Below the pieces are notes generated by a model. The model was not told where the DNA came from. It saw only the letters and a list, made by a program, of their open reading frames with translations, and did no database searches. DNA of 64,000 nucleotides, taken from Rhynchobatus australiae (Eukaryota). Within the stretch, counting starts at the first letter, position 1. Each line of letters starts with the position of its first letter. The stretch spans positions 78,123,710 to 78,187,709 of the forward strand of contig JAUZTB010000098.1 of NCBI GenBank assembly GCA_034780895.1, given 5' to 3'. This document shows positions 26,960 to 40,739 of this stretch, piece by piece. Both the position numbers and the translations under genes were made by a program.

Positions 26960-27179
26960 CTAAAGGAACAAGAAATGAATAAAAAAGTTATCACCATGTT
27001 GTTACATGCAGTGAAAGGAATACAACACATGGCATTTTCTGGAAAGGCATGTCCTCAATTTCCTCATCTCTTCTGTAAATGCTGACTTTGACATGCAGTT
27101 CAGTGGGCAAAGATCATGTATCACTCACTGTTTTCACATAAATAAGAATCCACACACAATGTAGCTTGAGGAGAAATTA

Positions 27180-27538
27180 CACAAAATGTGGATAGCTTCC
27201 CGATAATTCAGATAATTATGGGGTAATTTGATTGGTCTCCAAGAAGAGGAACATTAGACAAGAAAAGAGAAACTACTCCTTCTCAGATGATGGGACATGG
27301 TCCAAAAATTAGAAGCAGGCCTTTCAAGAGTGAAGTTAGGAAAGAGTTCTACATGCAAAGGATTGTGGAAATTTGGTATGTTCTTTTGCAAATGGTAATT
27401 GATGCTGATTGTTAACTTTTTATTTCAGTTCAATACAGCTTTGATAATCCAAGTTAAACAGATATGATGAAGAGGAGTACGTAGAGTTAGGTCATGGATC
27501 AACTATGACTTCAATAAATGTTAAAAAGAAGCTTGTGG
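27180..27538 (+). mobile_element. CR1 LINE 3' end whose last ~97 bp recur at 28680-28776
   Basis: CR1 3' UTR-like sequence with a near-identical duplicate. Confidence 0.6.
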
Positions 27539-30443
27539 NNNNNNNNNNNNNNNNNNNNNNNNNNNNNNNNNNNNNNNNNNNNNNNNNNNNNNNNNNNNNN
27601 NNNNNNNNNNNNNNNNNNNNNNNNNNNNNNNNNNNNNNCATCCTTATAAATTTGCACTTCTGAAAAAAGTGACAGTAGCTCACCTTATCACAAGAGTATG
27701 TTGTTATGGGCAAAGAATTGCTTTACCTGTCACAAGGCCAAGCTGAATGTCAAACCACACCTGGCTCATGCTGATGGTAATAAATTACATGATCCTAACT
27801 GCAAAACCTTGAATGGGGAAGTCTGCCAACAGTACAAGTGAAGAGAGTAAGTTTTTCAAGGCTGTACTGTTGGCATGGTGCCTCAGTCAGTGATAGAGTA
27901 GAGCAGAAGAATTAAGTATTGAGACTTTATTCCCTATTTTCTGGTGGTTACTTTTAACGAGGGTGAAGTGAGGAACACTCAAGCGACTGGCTGAGCTCTC
28001 TGGATGATCAGATGCTAAGGCTCTTGTTGAGAGAAAGGCTGGCAAAATGCACCTTTATACACACAGTTAGCTCTACCTGCCTTTATATTTCATCTAGAAA
28101 GTCTTGACTGAACATCCTGCTCCATGCTGGATTAGTTTCATTACATTATGGCGTCAGTACATTCCCTGCTGGTGTCCCTGGTCATCACGCTGGAGCTCAC
28201 CTTCGTTCAATAGAATCTGTAGGGAACTGAGCATGTAAAAGGAGTTAGGTGGGTGTGATCTCACTCCCTTTTTTGATGCCTCACAAACACACTGCCTCGT
28301 GGACAACAACAGTCTGCCAACAATCCCACTTTACAGTCATATTTAAATAAAATTAAGTAAAACCAGAAAATGCTAGAAATACTCAGCAGGTCAGACAGCA
28401 TCTATGGAGAAATAGATAAAGCTAGTGTTTTAAGATCTTTTATTTTTCAGATTTCCATCATCTTCAGCTCTTTTTCTTATTATCATTGCAAATAAAATCA
28501 GCTCAGGGAAAGACCAGATGAAGGGAGATGTGGTTGGAGAAAATGGGAAAGTGTAAGAGGAACAGTTATTTTCTGAGACATAGAAGAAGTAGCAACTCTA
28601 AGAACCTGGAATCTGCTGTGCCTGTGAAATCGCCTGCCCTCTGCCTTGAAGCAGCTAAGTGAAAAATAGTCCAGAAATTTGATAATCCAAGTTAAACAGA
28701 TATGATGAAGAGGAGTACGTAGAGTTAGGTTATGGATCAACTATGACTTCAATAAATGTTAAAAAGAAGCTTGTGGGGCTACATAACTTACTGTTGTTCC
28801 AATGCTCCAAGGCCAACAATATCAACATCTCAATAAACTCAGTAAACACAGAAAATAAATTGATCCTGGAACTCTAAGGTTATATATTTTTTTTAGATAC
28901 TCAGTGGATCAACTCATTGATGTGAAAGAGGAATTTGTTTTGTAATACTTCATCTATTTGAAGAGATGAAAGAAACTGGAAAGGCAATCCATTTCACCAT
29001 TGGGCTCCAAAATCTCTTTGACATCTTCATTTTATTTGATTCTGTGATCAGTGCTCTTCTGAACATTTCTCCCCTACTCTTCTAAAACAACCATTATTCC
29101 TTATCCTCATCTTGTATCAGCACTATTTTTGAAACAAGGCCATACTCTCATAATTACTAACTAAACAGGGATGTAACTGCTTGTCCCCACCTACAATTTT
29201 GTTGGTTCTAAGATGAATTTGGCATCCACTAATGCATTCTTCTAGATTTAATCCCTTTTATATCCTACTCCCTTCAATCCTTAAAATTAAGAATACTCAT
29301 GTGGTTTTCATTTTTGTTTGTTTTACATCATGGAAGGAAACCACCAAAAGTAGGCAAAGACTCAGTGGAATTTTATACAAATTTGTTGCCCTAGGGCAAA
29401 ATGAGAATGCATCAAAGTAGTGGTTGCTTTAAAAAAAAATCAATGGACTGATTTGCCAGAATGATGCAACTTACAGAAATAGAAAATGTAGAACAAAAAT
29501 TTGAGTTGTACCTTGGGTGCATTGTAAGTAGTTCAGGGTTTACAATTTGGATAGGTAGAATATGAAACAAATTACATATCACATCAGAATAACATACTAT
29601 TTTAAATTTATATTTAAGCAAATCAGTTTAGGATAATTTGTCAGCCAGATTTGAGTTCATCAACTAACTTCAGTTTGTATTGCCACAAATTTAAATATAT
29701 GCAAATTTATGATAACTATTGTGTGGATTATTCAAACTGTACTTTAGCTGATGTAACTGAAGCTTCATTAATTAACAAAAGACGATCAAGCATTGTTATA
29801 TTGTGGTGACAAATATTTTATCTCATAGGGAACCTGAGCATCCAAAGTAAACTTACAGGGACCTGGAGAGAATGTGCAGACTCTGAACACACAGCATCCA
29901 AGTCTGGATTGGAACTTGGCCTCCTATAATTGTGAGGCAGCAAAACAAACTGCTACACCACTATGCCACTCAGTAATTTAAATTCCTAATTACTGAATTT
30001 AACTTTCTTTGCTGCCATGGTGAGATTTGAACTCAAGTATCTAGAATGTGAGTCCAGTTCCCTAGAACGCTAACCCCATAATTTAATCGCTGTACCACCA
30101 CCATGACAGGGCACACTGGAATGGCAAATTGCGCCACTCTACAGAAGATTTCTTTGTGTTCTCAACCTGGGGCCAGTGCCAAATGGAAGAGCTGAATAGA
30201 GATCTCTTCACTGTCCTACAAGATGAGTGAAAAGACATATTCTTTCTACATTTATCAGTCTGGTCCTGCATGGTGCCCAGCCATACAGCTGGTGACAAAG
30301 ATCAAAAATTACGTCAAGTTAAGTTGAATCATTTAAATTAATAAGTACTGTCATCTTATGAATTATAAAAGAGGAACCAGATTGACTTAAAACCTAAGAA
30401 ATAATTTCACATTAATTTCATTTATTCATAACATACTATGTAC

Positions 30444-30521
30444 CTGTGTATATTTGAGATGCTTGCTTTTGTCATAATAATGTAGCATAAAGAAACTTCT
30501 ATAAAAATATGTAATGAGTAC
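30444..30521 (-). CDS. MBOAT1: MBOAT1 exon 3 (YSLHIFIEVSLCYIIMTKASISNIHR)
   Basis: 78 nt; tttctccag| ... |gtacat; phase 2/2; ASISNIHR matches MBOAT1. Confidence 0.93.
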
Positions 30522-30834
30522 CTGGAGAAACAATAAAACAGAAGGTCAGACATCTAGCCTGCAAACACAAACAGTTATTTTACATAGTAGACACCAACAT
30601 AATTTTCATTTTGCAGCACAGGAAAAAATATGGCATTCAGCCCTCTGTCATTCAATTAAATCACAGTCAATTTGTACTTCAACTCTGCATCCTTAAACAC
30701 CTGTATCCAAGAAAACATTGCCAATCCAGTTTTGCAATTTTCATTTGTTCCAGCCTCAACTGCATTTTGGGTATCCAGATTTCAACTACCCTTTCTGTGA
30801 ACATATATTACCTGGCATCAGAACTGTACAAACT

Positions 30835-31115
30835 TTTAATGACACATTAAACCAAGGATCTGCTGTTTTCTCAAGTGTATGGAAAATATCTTGCAGTACT
30901 ATTTTAAAGTGGAGTAAGACCATTATCCCCCATGTCTTGCCAACACTTATTTTTCTCAACGTGACTGATAAAAGATTATTTAGTCACTATTACAATGCTA
31001 TGAGAGTTTGCTATGCACAATTTGGCTGCTACATTTCCAGTATTACAACAGTGATTAAAGTGTGTTGCAATCTCTCGAAAGGGAAGTGAGAGGTGCAATA
31101 TAAATAAAGGCATTT
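30835..31115 (+). mobile_element. Deu-domain SINE (SacSINE1/AmnSINE1-related)
   Basis: cattaaaccaagg..ctgct...ctc...actatttt...gagtttgctatgcacaatttggctgc.acatttcc..attacaacagtg matches the recalled Deu-domain consensus. Confidence 0.65.
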
Positions 31116-31369
31116 TTTAAAAAATGTTATACCTCTTCAGAAGAAAAAATTTCAACATGCCCTCCTAAATCATCAAGTCGTCTTAAACATAATCAGTTAC
31201 ACCAAATCACACCCTTCCCTACTCACATGAACTCAAACTTAGTTGATGCACCATGAGTTAGCATGCAGACATTGTGAGCAATTAAGAGGAAAATGCTTTG
31301 CTGGCCTTTAATGCAAGGAGAATAGTGTATTGCTCATCCAGTGTCCAGCTACTTCTGTCTTAAAACCTT

Positions 31370-33050
31370 CAAAGACTCCAAAGGGCAGTGGAAGTAGAAC
31401 TCCAAAGACTCAACTGTTTGAGGGAAGACTTTTTGCCCCATCTTAATTGGGCAACCTGTTATTTTTAAGCATCACGTTCTAGATTCTCCCAATTGAAAAA
31501 ACATTCTTTCCACATCCACCCTATCGAGACCTCCAGAAGATTTTACATTTCAATCAAATCACTTCTCACTCCAGTGGACCCAAACCTAACCAATGTTACC
31601 TCCTAAACAAGCTTTTATTTTCCACAATAACCTTTAATGCAGCACCTTATCAAATGACCTCTGGAAATCTAAGAATAGCATATCCACCAGATCCTCTACA
31701 TCCACAGCACATTAATTCATCAAACACTTCAATAAAATAATCAAAAATGATTTCCCTTGCATTTTAATTTTGACTAATTACCTTAAATTTTTCTAAGTGT
31801 CCTAGTATTATGCCTTTAACAGCTTCTAACATTTATTAAAACTGTTAACACTTTAAATGACACATTAAACCAAGGCCCTGCTGCTTTCTCAGGCTAATGG
31901 AAAAGATCTTGTGGTACTATTTTAAAGTGGAGTCTTTTTGTCATTCTTTGCATTTTTTTAAACATTCTGTCCAATCTTCTGATCTCCCACTCACCTTTGC
32001 ACAGTTATGTGTTATCTCTAAGTTTGGCACCATTGCTCCCTTTTTTTAGTTAATCACAGATGGTGGATTCTCCCTTTGAAATCTTCTGTTTTGTTGAAAT
32101 ACATCTATTCTGTATATTTCAAAAGAAACCCTTAAACATTTGCCATTGCATTTCCCTTGACCATTCCTTCAATCTACTTTGCCAGTTCATTTTAGCCAGA
32201 GGGACATTCGTGACCTCACAGTTGCCCTTATTTTAAATTGAAAATTCTAATCTTCAACCCAGTACTTTCTCCTTCAAACTGAATGAAAAATTCAATTGTG
32301 TTTGCTGCTACTCAAACATGTTTTCATGATTAAATCATCAATCAATTATATCTCATTTCATTATACCCATGTCTATTATAGCTATTCACTGGTTGCTCCA
32401 CAATGTACTAATCTGAGAAACTGTCCCAAAAACAGTATGAATTCATCATCTCAGCCATGTTTACCAATCTTAATTTTTCAATCTATATAAGAATTAAAAT
32501 CCTCCATAATTACTGCCACATCTTTCTGATAATCTTCTGTGATTTCTTCCTTCATATTCGAATCTGTCACATGGTTACTACCGAGTTTGTAATACCATGC
32601 CCACATGAGAAGTGATAAAGGCAAGAAATCACATCACCACACAAACCCTTTCTACCTCCTGGTTTCCTGAACTTAGGTCATCTCTCTCTATTACACCAAG
32701 ACCATCACTAAACAACAGAGCCACTCCTTCACCTTGTCCTAGCTGTCCTTTCTAAATGTAACATACCTGTCAATATTCAGGTTCTAATCTATGTCATCCC
32801 GTAGCCATGTCTCTGTAATGGCTACCAGATCATTTATTTATTTACATTTGCTTCCACAGTTCATCCGTTTTGTGTCCAATACCATGCGAATCCAGACATA
32901 GAGCCTTCAGTTTTCTCTTTTTATCATTTTGTAACCTCTAGCCTTAACCTAATGGTTTACTCTTAGATTTATACTCTTTTCCCATTCCAATCACATTGTG
33001 TTATCATTTCCCATACTAATACCACATCTCTCTAACTTTGATCTTTCCTG
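31370..33050 (-). mobile_element. Old CR1 LINE with internal deletions
   Basis: Reverse-strand CR1 3' UTR, RT (DF..AFDK) and endonuclease (..TETWL) remnants. Confidence 0.6.
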
Positions 33051-33424
33051 TACTGTACCCTTTGTATTGCCTTCAAACTGTGCAAAATGCAACTGTGATC
33101 TCAGTAATAATTTATTACATTTCATTTTTCTTTAAATCCAACACCTCCTACGTAAAAGCTATATTAAATTAGGTTTTTCTTGGTCTTACTGACTTGTAAA
33201 CCTTCTTTAAGTTTGACTATTTCAGCAATCAAAATCAAGTCTTTTGATATAGTGTCATATGTACCCAATCTTATCAAAATGTCAGCCAATAGGTTGGAGG
33301 TGGAATGGGACTTCAGGTTCAAACTAATTCTAAGCTATAGCAAGCAGAGAATGCATTTCTTTGGTGCAGCAGATACTATTTTGTTTCAAAATAACATCTA
33401 ATACACATGGAAACATTAAAATTA

Positions 33425-33950
33425 AAATGTTTTATTATTGTCACATGTACTGAGGTACAGTGAAAAACTTTGTTTTGCATGCTATCCATACAGATTATTT
33501 CATCACATCATTGCATTGAGGTAGTACAAGGGAAAAATCAATAATATTGTACAGAATAAAGTGGTACAGTTACAGAGAAAGTGCAGTGCAGGCAGGCCAT
33601 AAAGTGCAAGGCCATAACAAGGTAGATTGCAAGGTCAAGAATCCATCTTATTGTACTAGGGGACTGTTCGGGAGTCTTATAACAGTGGGATAGAAGTTGC
33701 CCTTGAGCATGGTGGTACATGCTTTTAGACTTTTGAATCTTCTGCCCAATGGGGGTGGGGGGGGAAAGTAGAGTGAATGTCCAAGGTGGGTGGGGTCTTT
33801 GATTATGTTAGCTGCTTACTGAGGGAGCAAGTGTATACAGAGTTATTGGAGGGAAGGCTGGTTTCTGTGACGTGCTGAGCTGTGTCCACAACTCTCTGCA
33901 GTTTCTTGCAGCCTCAGGCAGAGCAGTTGCCATACCAAGCAATGAATCTG
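33425..33950 (-). mobile_element. Rex1/Babar 3' end
   Basis: Reverse complement of the Rex 3' region at 16390-16850 (accaccatgctcaaggg, cactgttataagactcc). Confidence 0.85.
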
Positions 33951-36625
33951 ACTGGTCACACGCTGGGTGCAGGTTGTAGACCTTACACAACTAATACGTG
34001 TCAGAAGCGAAGCCCAGGCACTATAATGTTAATTAGCTACATCACTGACTTGCTGCCTATACTGCCATTGGGAGGGAGCTCAATGCTCAAGCTAATATAC
34101 ACTCTGAACCTTTCAGAGCTGAAGATGTATTCAGTCGCATGAAGGACTATTCAAGAGGATTACTTTAAAGGACCATCAACTACTTTCAGATCAGCTGCTG
34201 ATTACCACAATGTACTTATTCATTCATTCAAGAGATGTGGGCTTCTCAGGCTGAGCCAGTATTTAATTGCTTATTTCTAGTTGCCCTTGAGAAGACTGCC
34301 TTCTTGAACCGCTGCAGTCCTTGAGGTGTGGGTATACCCACAATGTAGTTAGTGAGAGACTTCCAGGATTTTGACCCAGAAACTGTGAAAGAATGATGAT
34401 ATATTGCCAAGGCAGGATGGTGTGGAGCTTGGAAGGCAACTTCCAAGTGGAGGTGTTCCCATACTTTTGCTGCCTTTGTCCTTCTAGTTAGTTGAGGTCA
34501 TGGATTTAGAAGGTGCTGCCTAAGGAGTTTTGGTGAGTTGCTGCAATACATCCTCTGGATGGTACAAACTGCTGCTACAGTGTGTCGGTGGCAGAGTGAG
34601 TGTATGGTTGCTGATGCGATACCTATCAAGCAGGCTTGTGAAGGAAAGCATGCCACATCGCATAGAAGTAAAGGCTAAACAGCCTTCTGCACTCCCTCAT
34701 TATCTGTCTGAGCATACCTTTGCCTTGCTGCTCAGACACTGTTACTTCAATGGCTGGTGGAAGGCACTTGTGGAATATATTGCAGGAGATTTTAAAAGGC
34801 CCAGCACATATTAAAGTCCTCTGCAGCAGAACGTGTGTAATATCAAGAGCAAAAAGCCTCAGTGAATGTGGGATCCTAATATTTTTGACACTTGCTGAAG
34901 TGACAGTAGACTTCTCTTTTATGAGATGCAAGCTAACTTTAACTAACACCGTCCTCCTGCTGAGAGATGCAGCCACTCAGCTGCATTGTTAGTGCTGGCT
35001 GCATGTTGCAGTCACAGGAACTAGGAGACAGCAGAAGTAATAAATGCAGATTAATTTCACTACACATCTGCCATGCCCATTTTGGAGGCTATTGTACTTG
35101 GCCTATTTGCCCTGTGTTCACTTATTAAAAGAAGTTTCTACAACAAATTCCAGAACACTCTTCTTTCAAATTGCAATTGAAAGTTTTCCAGGGCTTTGAG
35201 TTTGGCAAGACTATTTCTCCATTAAAATGGAGTTAAACATTACAAACTGTCTGTGTAAAATCAATTACATTTTCAGTGGTGCTCCAGAAATGATTGTTGG
35301 GGGAAAATAATCAACTCCATTTCATGCAATCTGCATCATAACGGCCGTTAGTGGATCTAAATCCTATTTCTTTTTCCAACTGGATAGAATATTTTCGCTT
35401 CAGAACCATTGGAGTTTAAAGCACAAAGAAGCTAACTAGGTTATCAAATCTTTGTTAATTCTTAGCCAGAACAGACCAATAGTAAACCTACTGCACTCCT
35501 ATTTCTCACCCAGANNNNNNNNNNNNNNNNNNNNNNNNNNNNNNNNNNNNNNNNNNNNNNNNNNNNNNNNNNNNNNNNNNNNNNNNNNNNNNNNNNNNNN
35601 NNNNNNNNNNNNNNTCATACAATGCTAGCTGCATTTTTGTAAAATTCACCCCTAATAATACCAGCACACAGTTTCAACATAAAACCAAAAATGCTCAAAA
35701 AATACGTCCACTACAATAATGAGAAAAGAACCATCGGCATGGAACTTGTGCCTTGCGTTGGGAACACATGCAGAACAAGCTCTCTGCTCGTGAGACAATT
35801 CACGTTTCATGAGGTCTCGAGGAGCTCTGCAATTATCCTCAGAAGAACCATCTGAAGGCTTCACTGCCACTGGGGACAATCACCCTCTGCAAAAGTGAAA
35901 GGAAGAAAAAAATAGATTAATATTTAAAAATAGGAAAGAAAACTGCCAATACTAAAGTTGTCACGGCTTCCTGCTTTTTCTTTTGTTGGACAGGGAGAAA
36001 TAGTCAAGTACTTGCAGGGCACCCAACCCTGGATATAAAGTGAATAATATAATGTCTTGTATAAGGGGAGGGCTTAATGGCCTCCCACAACTTATATAAT
36101 GAGCAAAGAGGGACAATTCACCCAGAGCCTTCATGTGTAAATATTCCGTTGTGTCTCCCCAGACTTCATAGGCAGAATTCAGGCTTCCACCTGCCAGGAT
36201 GAGACGCAGCTTGAACCTGCACCCTCTCACTCAGAAGCAGCAACACTGCTACAATGCCAAAGGCTTAGTCTGGTGTAAAACGCAGCCAAAGCTGCCAGTA
36301 AAGGCAGGTTAATGTTTTAAGTGTGTACATGAGTGAACTGTGATGAAAGGCACACAGACAACAGAATAAAGGTATCTGTGTATCTATGGTATGGGAGAGG
36401 CAATCTGATAAGAAGTTCAAATTCATCAAGGCAAATTTAGAAACTAAAGTCAACACATTTGGCTCAGCCCCAGGAATTGACCTATTATGAAAACTACTGG
36501 AATATTGAAAAATGATTCACATGGCCCTTGGAAAGGGGCACCTGCCAGTTGTACACTGTTTGCCCTAAATGTGACTCCAGTCCCACACAATATGGTTAAC
36601 TCTTAAAGCCCTCATGGCCTGCGAT

Positions 36626-36691
36626 GTGACCTACTGAAAACTTAGTGAGGGTCATAGTGACCCACTGAAACCTTAGTGAGGGTCATAGTGA
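36626..36691 (+). repeat. 31-bp tandem duplication (2 copies plus 4 nt)
   Basis: gtgacctactgaaaacttagtgagggtcata / gtgacccactgaaaccttagtgagggtcata / gtga. Confidence 0.9.
36649..36663. promoter_or_regulatory. Perfect palindromic ERE consensus GGGTCAtagTGACCC
   Basis: Exact GGTCAnnnTGACC match at the junction of a 31-bp tandem duplication. Function is not shown. Confidence 0.35.
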
Positions 36692-37859
36692 TGCTCATGT
36701 ACTTTATCCACATGAAACATCCAATTTAGTGGTGGGTTCAATAGTGGATACACACCACTTCCCTTACAGATGAAGCACCAGGACTAACTTTTTTTATGAA
36801 TTCTAGATGGTGCTAAACTAAATGAGCAACAACCTTGCCTATCTGCTCTCACTCATTTTTCACCCAGTAATAAATGAAAGTTATCTTATCATGATTGCCC
36901 ATAGTTATTGTTTCTCCAACATTAAATGAATCACAAAAGCTGCAATTTTGCAGTCAGCCTTACCCAGGTCACTGTGTACTCACTTCACAGAATCTCAAAC
37001 CTTTACAGCACAAAAGGAGACCTTTGATCACATTATGCCTCTGAGGGCATAATCTACTTTTCATTTAGCTGCTCTCATAATCTCAAGTGTCACTGGCTCA
37101 ACTGCATTCCATCTAACATTCTCCAACAACAGTTGTATGTTCATTACTCAACAACATTGACTCCCCAACCAGAGGAAAGAGCCCTTCTCTACTTATCAAG
37201 ATCACCCAAGAGCTTCAAATTTCACAAGTCAGTGATACTAAATCTGGTTCTGAGCTTTTGCTACTCCAACAGAAGCAGTCTTAATATCTTTTGTCATTTT
37301 TCATCACTAATTTATCATTCCTATTGTTATCTACACTACACACAATGGGCTAGAAATTCAAACAAATTTTGCAATTTGAAAAATTTATTCATTCATGGGA
37401 TGTGGATATCATTGGTGGGGCCAACATTTATTACCCATACCAGAGCTGAGGAAGCAATTAAGAGTCAATCACATTGTAGATGACCCAGAGTAACAAACAC
37501 ACCAGACCAACTAACAAAAAAAGACTTCCCATCCTTCAGGGCATGAGTGAACCAATAATTTTCCTGGAGGTGAATTCAATGAGGACCGTTAATGGACTGT
37601 TTCGTGTCACTCTGGAAATCTGATCAAGTACTTCTGTGTGTTGGTCAGTCTTGTGCTCATGGCATGATTTCCTACATCAGTACACAGGATGAAGTCATTC
37701 TCTATGCAACACTCATTTTGGAGCAGTGGGAGAACTTGAGTCATGTGTCCCAGGAACAGCCATCAATGGATGCTGCTAGGACAACTAGGTCTATCCCACA
37801 CAAAGCTGTACAGGGACCCAGCAGATAAGTTGCTTACTTACCTTTTATTCCTTGGGACT

Positions 37860-38400
37860 TCTCCCACAGAACTTTTCACTCCCCAAATTNNNNNNNNNNT
37901 CACCAACCACACTCCAGCTACCTTCCCAGTTGTTCATCAACCTCCAGAGGTCCAGGTCCTGACCCATCAATCCTGATTCCTCCAACACCTCTCATGATCC
38001 CCCTGAACTTGGTCCTTGATGGTGGCCTCAATGTCCTACACAACCTACTCCCACCAGATAACTCACCACTGCCCCAGTCCTTGAATCCTTGCTCAATCTT
38101 TCTTCCTCCACTGAATTCTCCATCAGATGTTCAAAGCTACCAATGTCACCTAACCTCTGCCTTATGGACATTTATCATTAGTACTTTGTTTGCCTGCTCC
38201 ATTCACTACCCCAGTGTTCTCGAAATCTGTAGTTAAGTCATTTGCATCCTCTTCCCCTGACCAACCACAACTTTCCACTCCAGTCCTTCAGCATTCCATT
38301 GCCTCATCACTCCTGTATCTGTTTCCTCTTCCTAAATCCATCAGACAACACTTTTCCAAATTTAGTCATATTTGAAATTTGACAGCCAGTTCCATCAACA
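37860..38400 (+). mobile_element. Degraded L2-like LINE fragment
   Basis: C/T-rich strand bias typical of L2 ORF2 remnants; no intact motif. Confidence 0.35.
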
Positions 38401-40739
38401 TCTCTTTACTTTCGAGGCCCCTTGCACTTCCCTTGGTTCTATTCTCAATGAAAATTTGCCTGCAAGGCAACCAAAGACATATGTCAAATGTACTTGGAAC
38501 TTCCAATAATTCATTCAGAATAAAAAAAATCTTCATACTGACAACTTAAGCANNNNNNNNNNNNNNNNNNNNNNNNNNNNNNNNNNNNNNNNNNNNNNNN
38601 NNNNNNNNNNNNNNNNNNNNNNNNNNNNNNNNNNNNNNNNNNNNNNNNNNNNNNNNNNNNNNNNNNNNNNNNNNNNNNNNNNNNNNNNNNNNNNNNNNNN
38701 NNNNNNNNNNNNNNNNNNNNNNNNNNNNNNNNNNNNNNNNNNNNNNNNNNNNNNNNNNNNNNNNNNNNNNNNNNNNNNNNNNNNNNNNNNNNNNNNNNNN
38801 NNNNNNNNNNNNNNNNNNNNNNNNNNNNNNNNNNNNNNNNNNNNNNNNNTCTGTATTAGCTTCTGAACTGCAAACAATATTTGTTAAATCTAAGGAATAA
38901 AGTTATATCGGGGCAGATTGCGTTTTCATTGTCATGGATTGTGCTGTAGAATTGGCAGCAGACTACACAGCATTTACTACTCCAGTGGTGATGGTGGAGA
39001 ATGAAATTTTAAATCTGAAGGAGGTGTGAGAAAGAATCAGGAAGAGTTAAGTAAGAGAATGAATTAGGCAATCAGATACCTAACCCATCACACATTTGCA
39101 CCTTCCTCTTGGCCTCTCAAGTAAATCTTTGGCTGCAACTGTCCAACACCCACAAACCTCCAAACCTACAATTCCTCTCTCCTTTCCAACCTGACCCTAC
39201 CTTTTGGCTTACAATTTCCATCCCATTATTGCTCCACCTGGTCTTTCCCTATTGCAGGGAACATTCCCAATGGTCCACAGCTGCAGTTTTATGTTTAGTT
39301 TTTCCCAGACATTTGATCTGACCAGTTCCTGAACAGCAAACACAGTATAAAAGACATCATATTGAGGCCTGCATTAAATTTGTCAGGGCATCTGTTTCTG
39401 ATGTTCTGGTGTTCTCCCCCCTTGCAAACAGACTTCCTAACTATATATATATATTCCAGTCATCTAAAATGGAACCCTGCAGGAAATTGGAAGACAGCAA
39501 TTTTAAAATATTTGATTGAACGCTAATTTGGACATACTTCAAAAGGAAAGCTTGGTATATGGAACTAAGTGAGCAATATCGGGAAGTATTGGAAACTGTT
39601 GCAACTAATTCGAAAACAGGGTTCACAATAAACTCACGTGTATTGCAGAAACATGTGTAGATTAAGCTTAACCTTTTTCAAATCAGCATTTCTTCCACAA
39701 GCTTTCCAATATTTTGGGTGATTCATAATGAAATGGTATTGAAGGGTGCAGAAATAAACAAATTAACTTTAGATATTCACTGTTGGTGATGCCCCACATT
39801 ATTCTGCCATTGGTGCTTTTGTTTTCATTATGTTACAATTCAAAGTATGACAAAGCCAAATATAATTTGCTGTAGCATCTCTGTTGTTCAGATCCATCTT
39901 CATGTGGGTTTCCAGAACTAAACTTAACAAAGATCATATTTAGATAATTAAAATGGAATAGATGTTGTATTAAGAAAGTTGTAAAATTAAATGTATTGCT
40001 TGATCATTGTCTCTTATTCTTTTGTTTCTCTTACACCTCAGCAAATGGATTCTATTCAGATACTCAAATGCCTTGTAAAACATTACTTATGAGAATTAGC
40101 ATAATTTCCTTTTCAACACTTGATGATGTACTAAATGGCATTGATTTGGATAACTGAATAAAGCACAATAAGTGCAGTGAAAATAAAAACTGCAGATGCT
40201 GGATATTTTTAATAAAAACAGAAATTAGAAACAGCTTGATCAGACAGCATCTGTGGAGAGAGAAAAAGGTAAGCATTTCAGGTTGATGTCCTAAAATCAA
40301 AATTCATGGCAAATGTTGTGGAACACCTACAAGATTATTAGGAAAGAACCAGCAAGGGTTGTGATGCGATGCGATGCCCTCTAAGGTAAAAACAAATCAG
40401 CTGACAGTTGCAATCTATTCTCCTTGATAGGCAGTGCAATTAATTTCTTCAAATCAAACAAGGATGATGGAGGGAAAGACTTCATTCACACAGACACACT
40501 CACAACTAAAGTTAGCAACGGCTTTCCATGCAGCATAGACAAAATTTGTTTTAGTTTGTAGTCCAATATATCTGACTGAAGCCAAGTCAAGATACCTACA
40601 GAAACAATAAATTGGATAAAGATAGGCCTCGAAGTTCTAGGCACAGCACAGCGAAAGGTTTGCTTTGCCTTTCCACTGAGCTTACCAAAATATTTTATGA
40701 TTACAGTCAGTGAATTGACCCCACTGAAGGACGAGAGAT

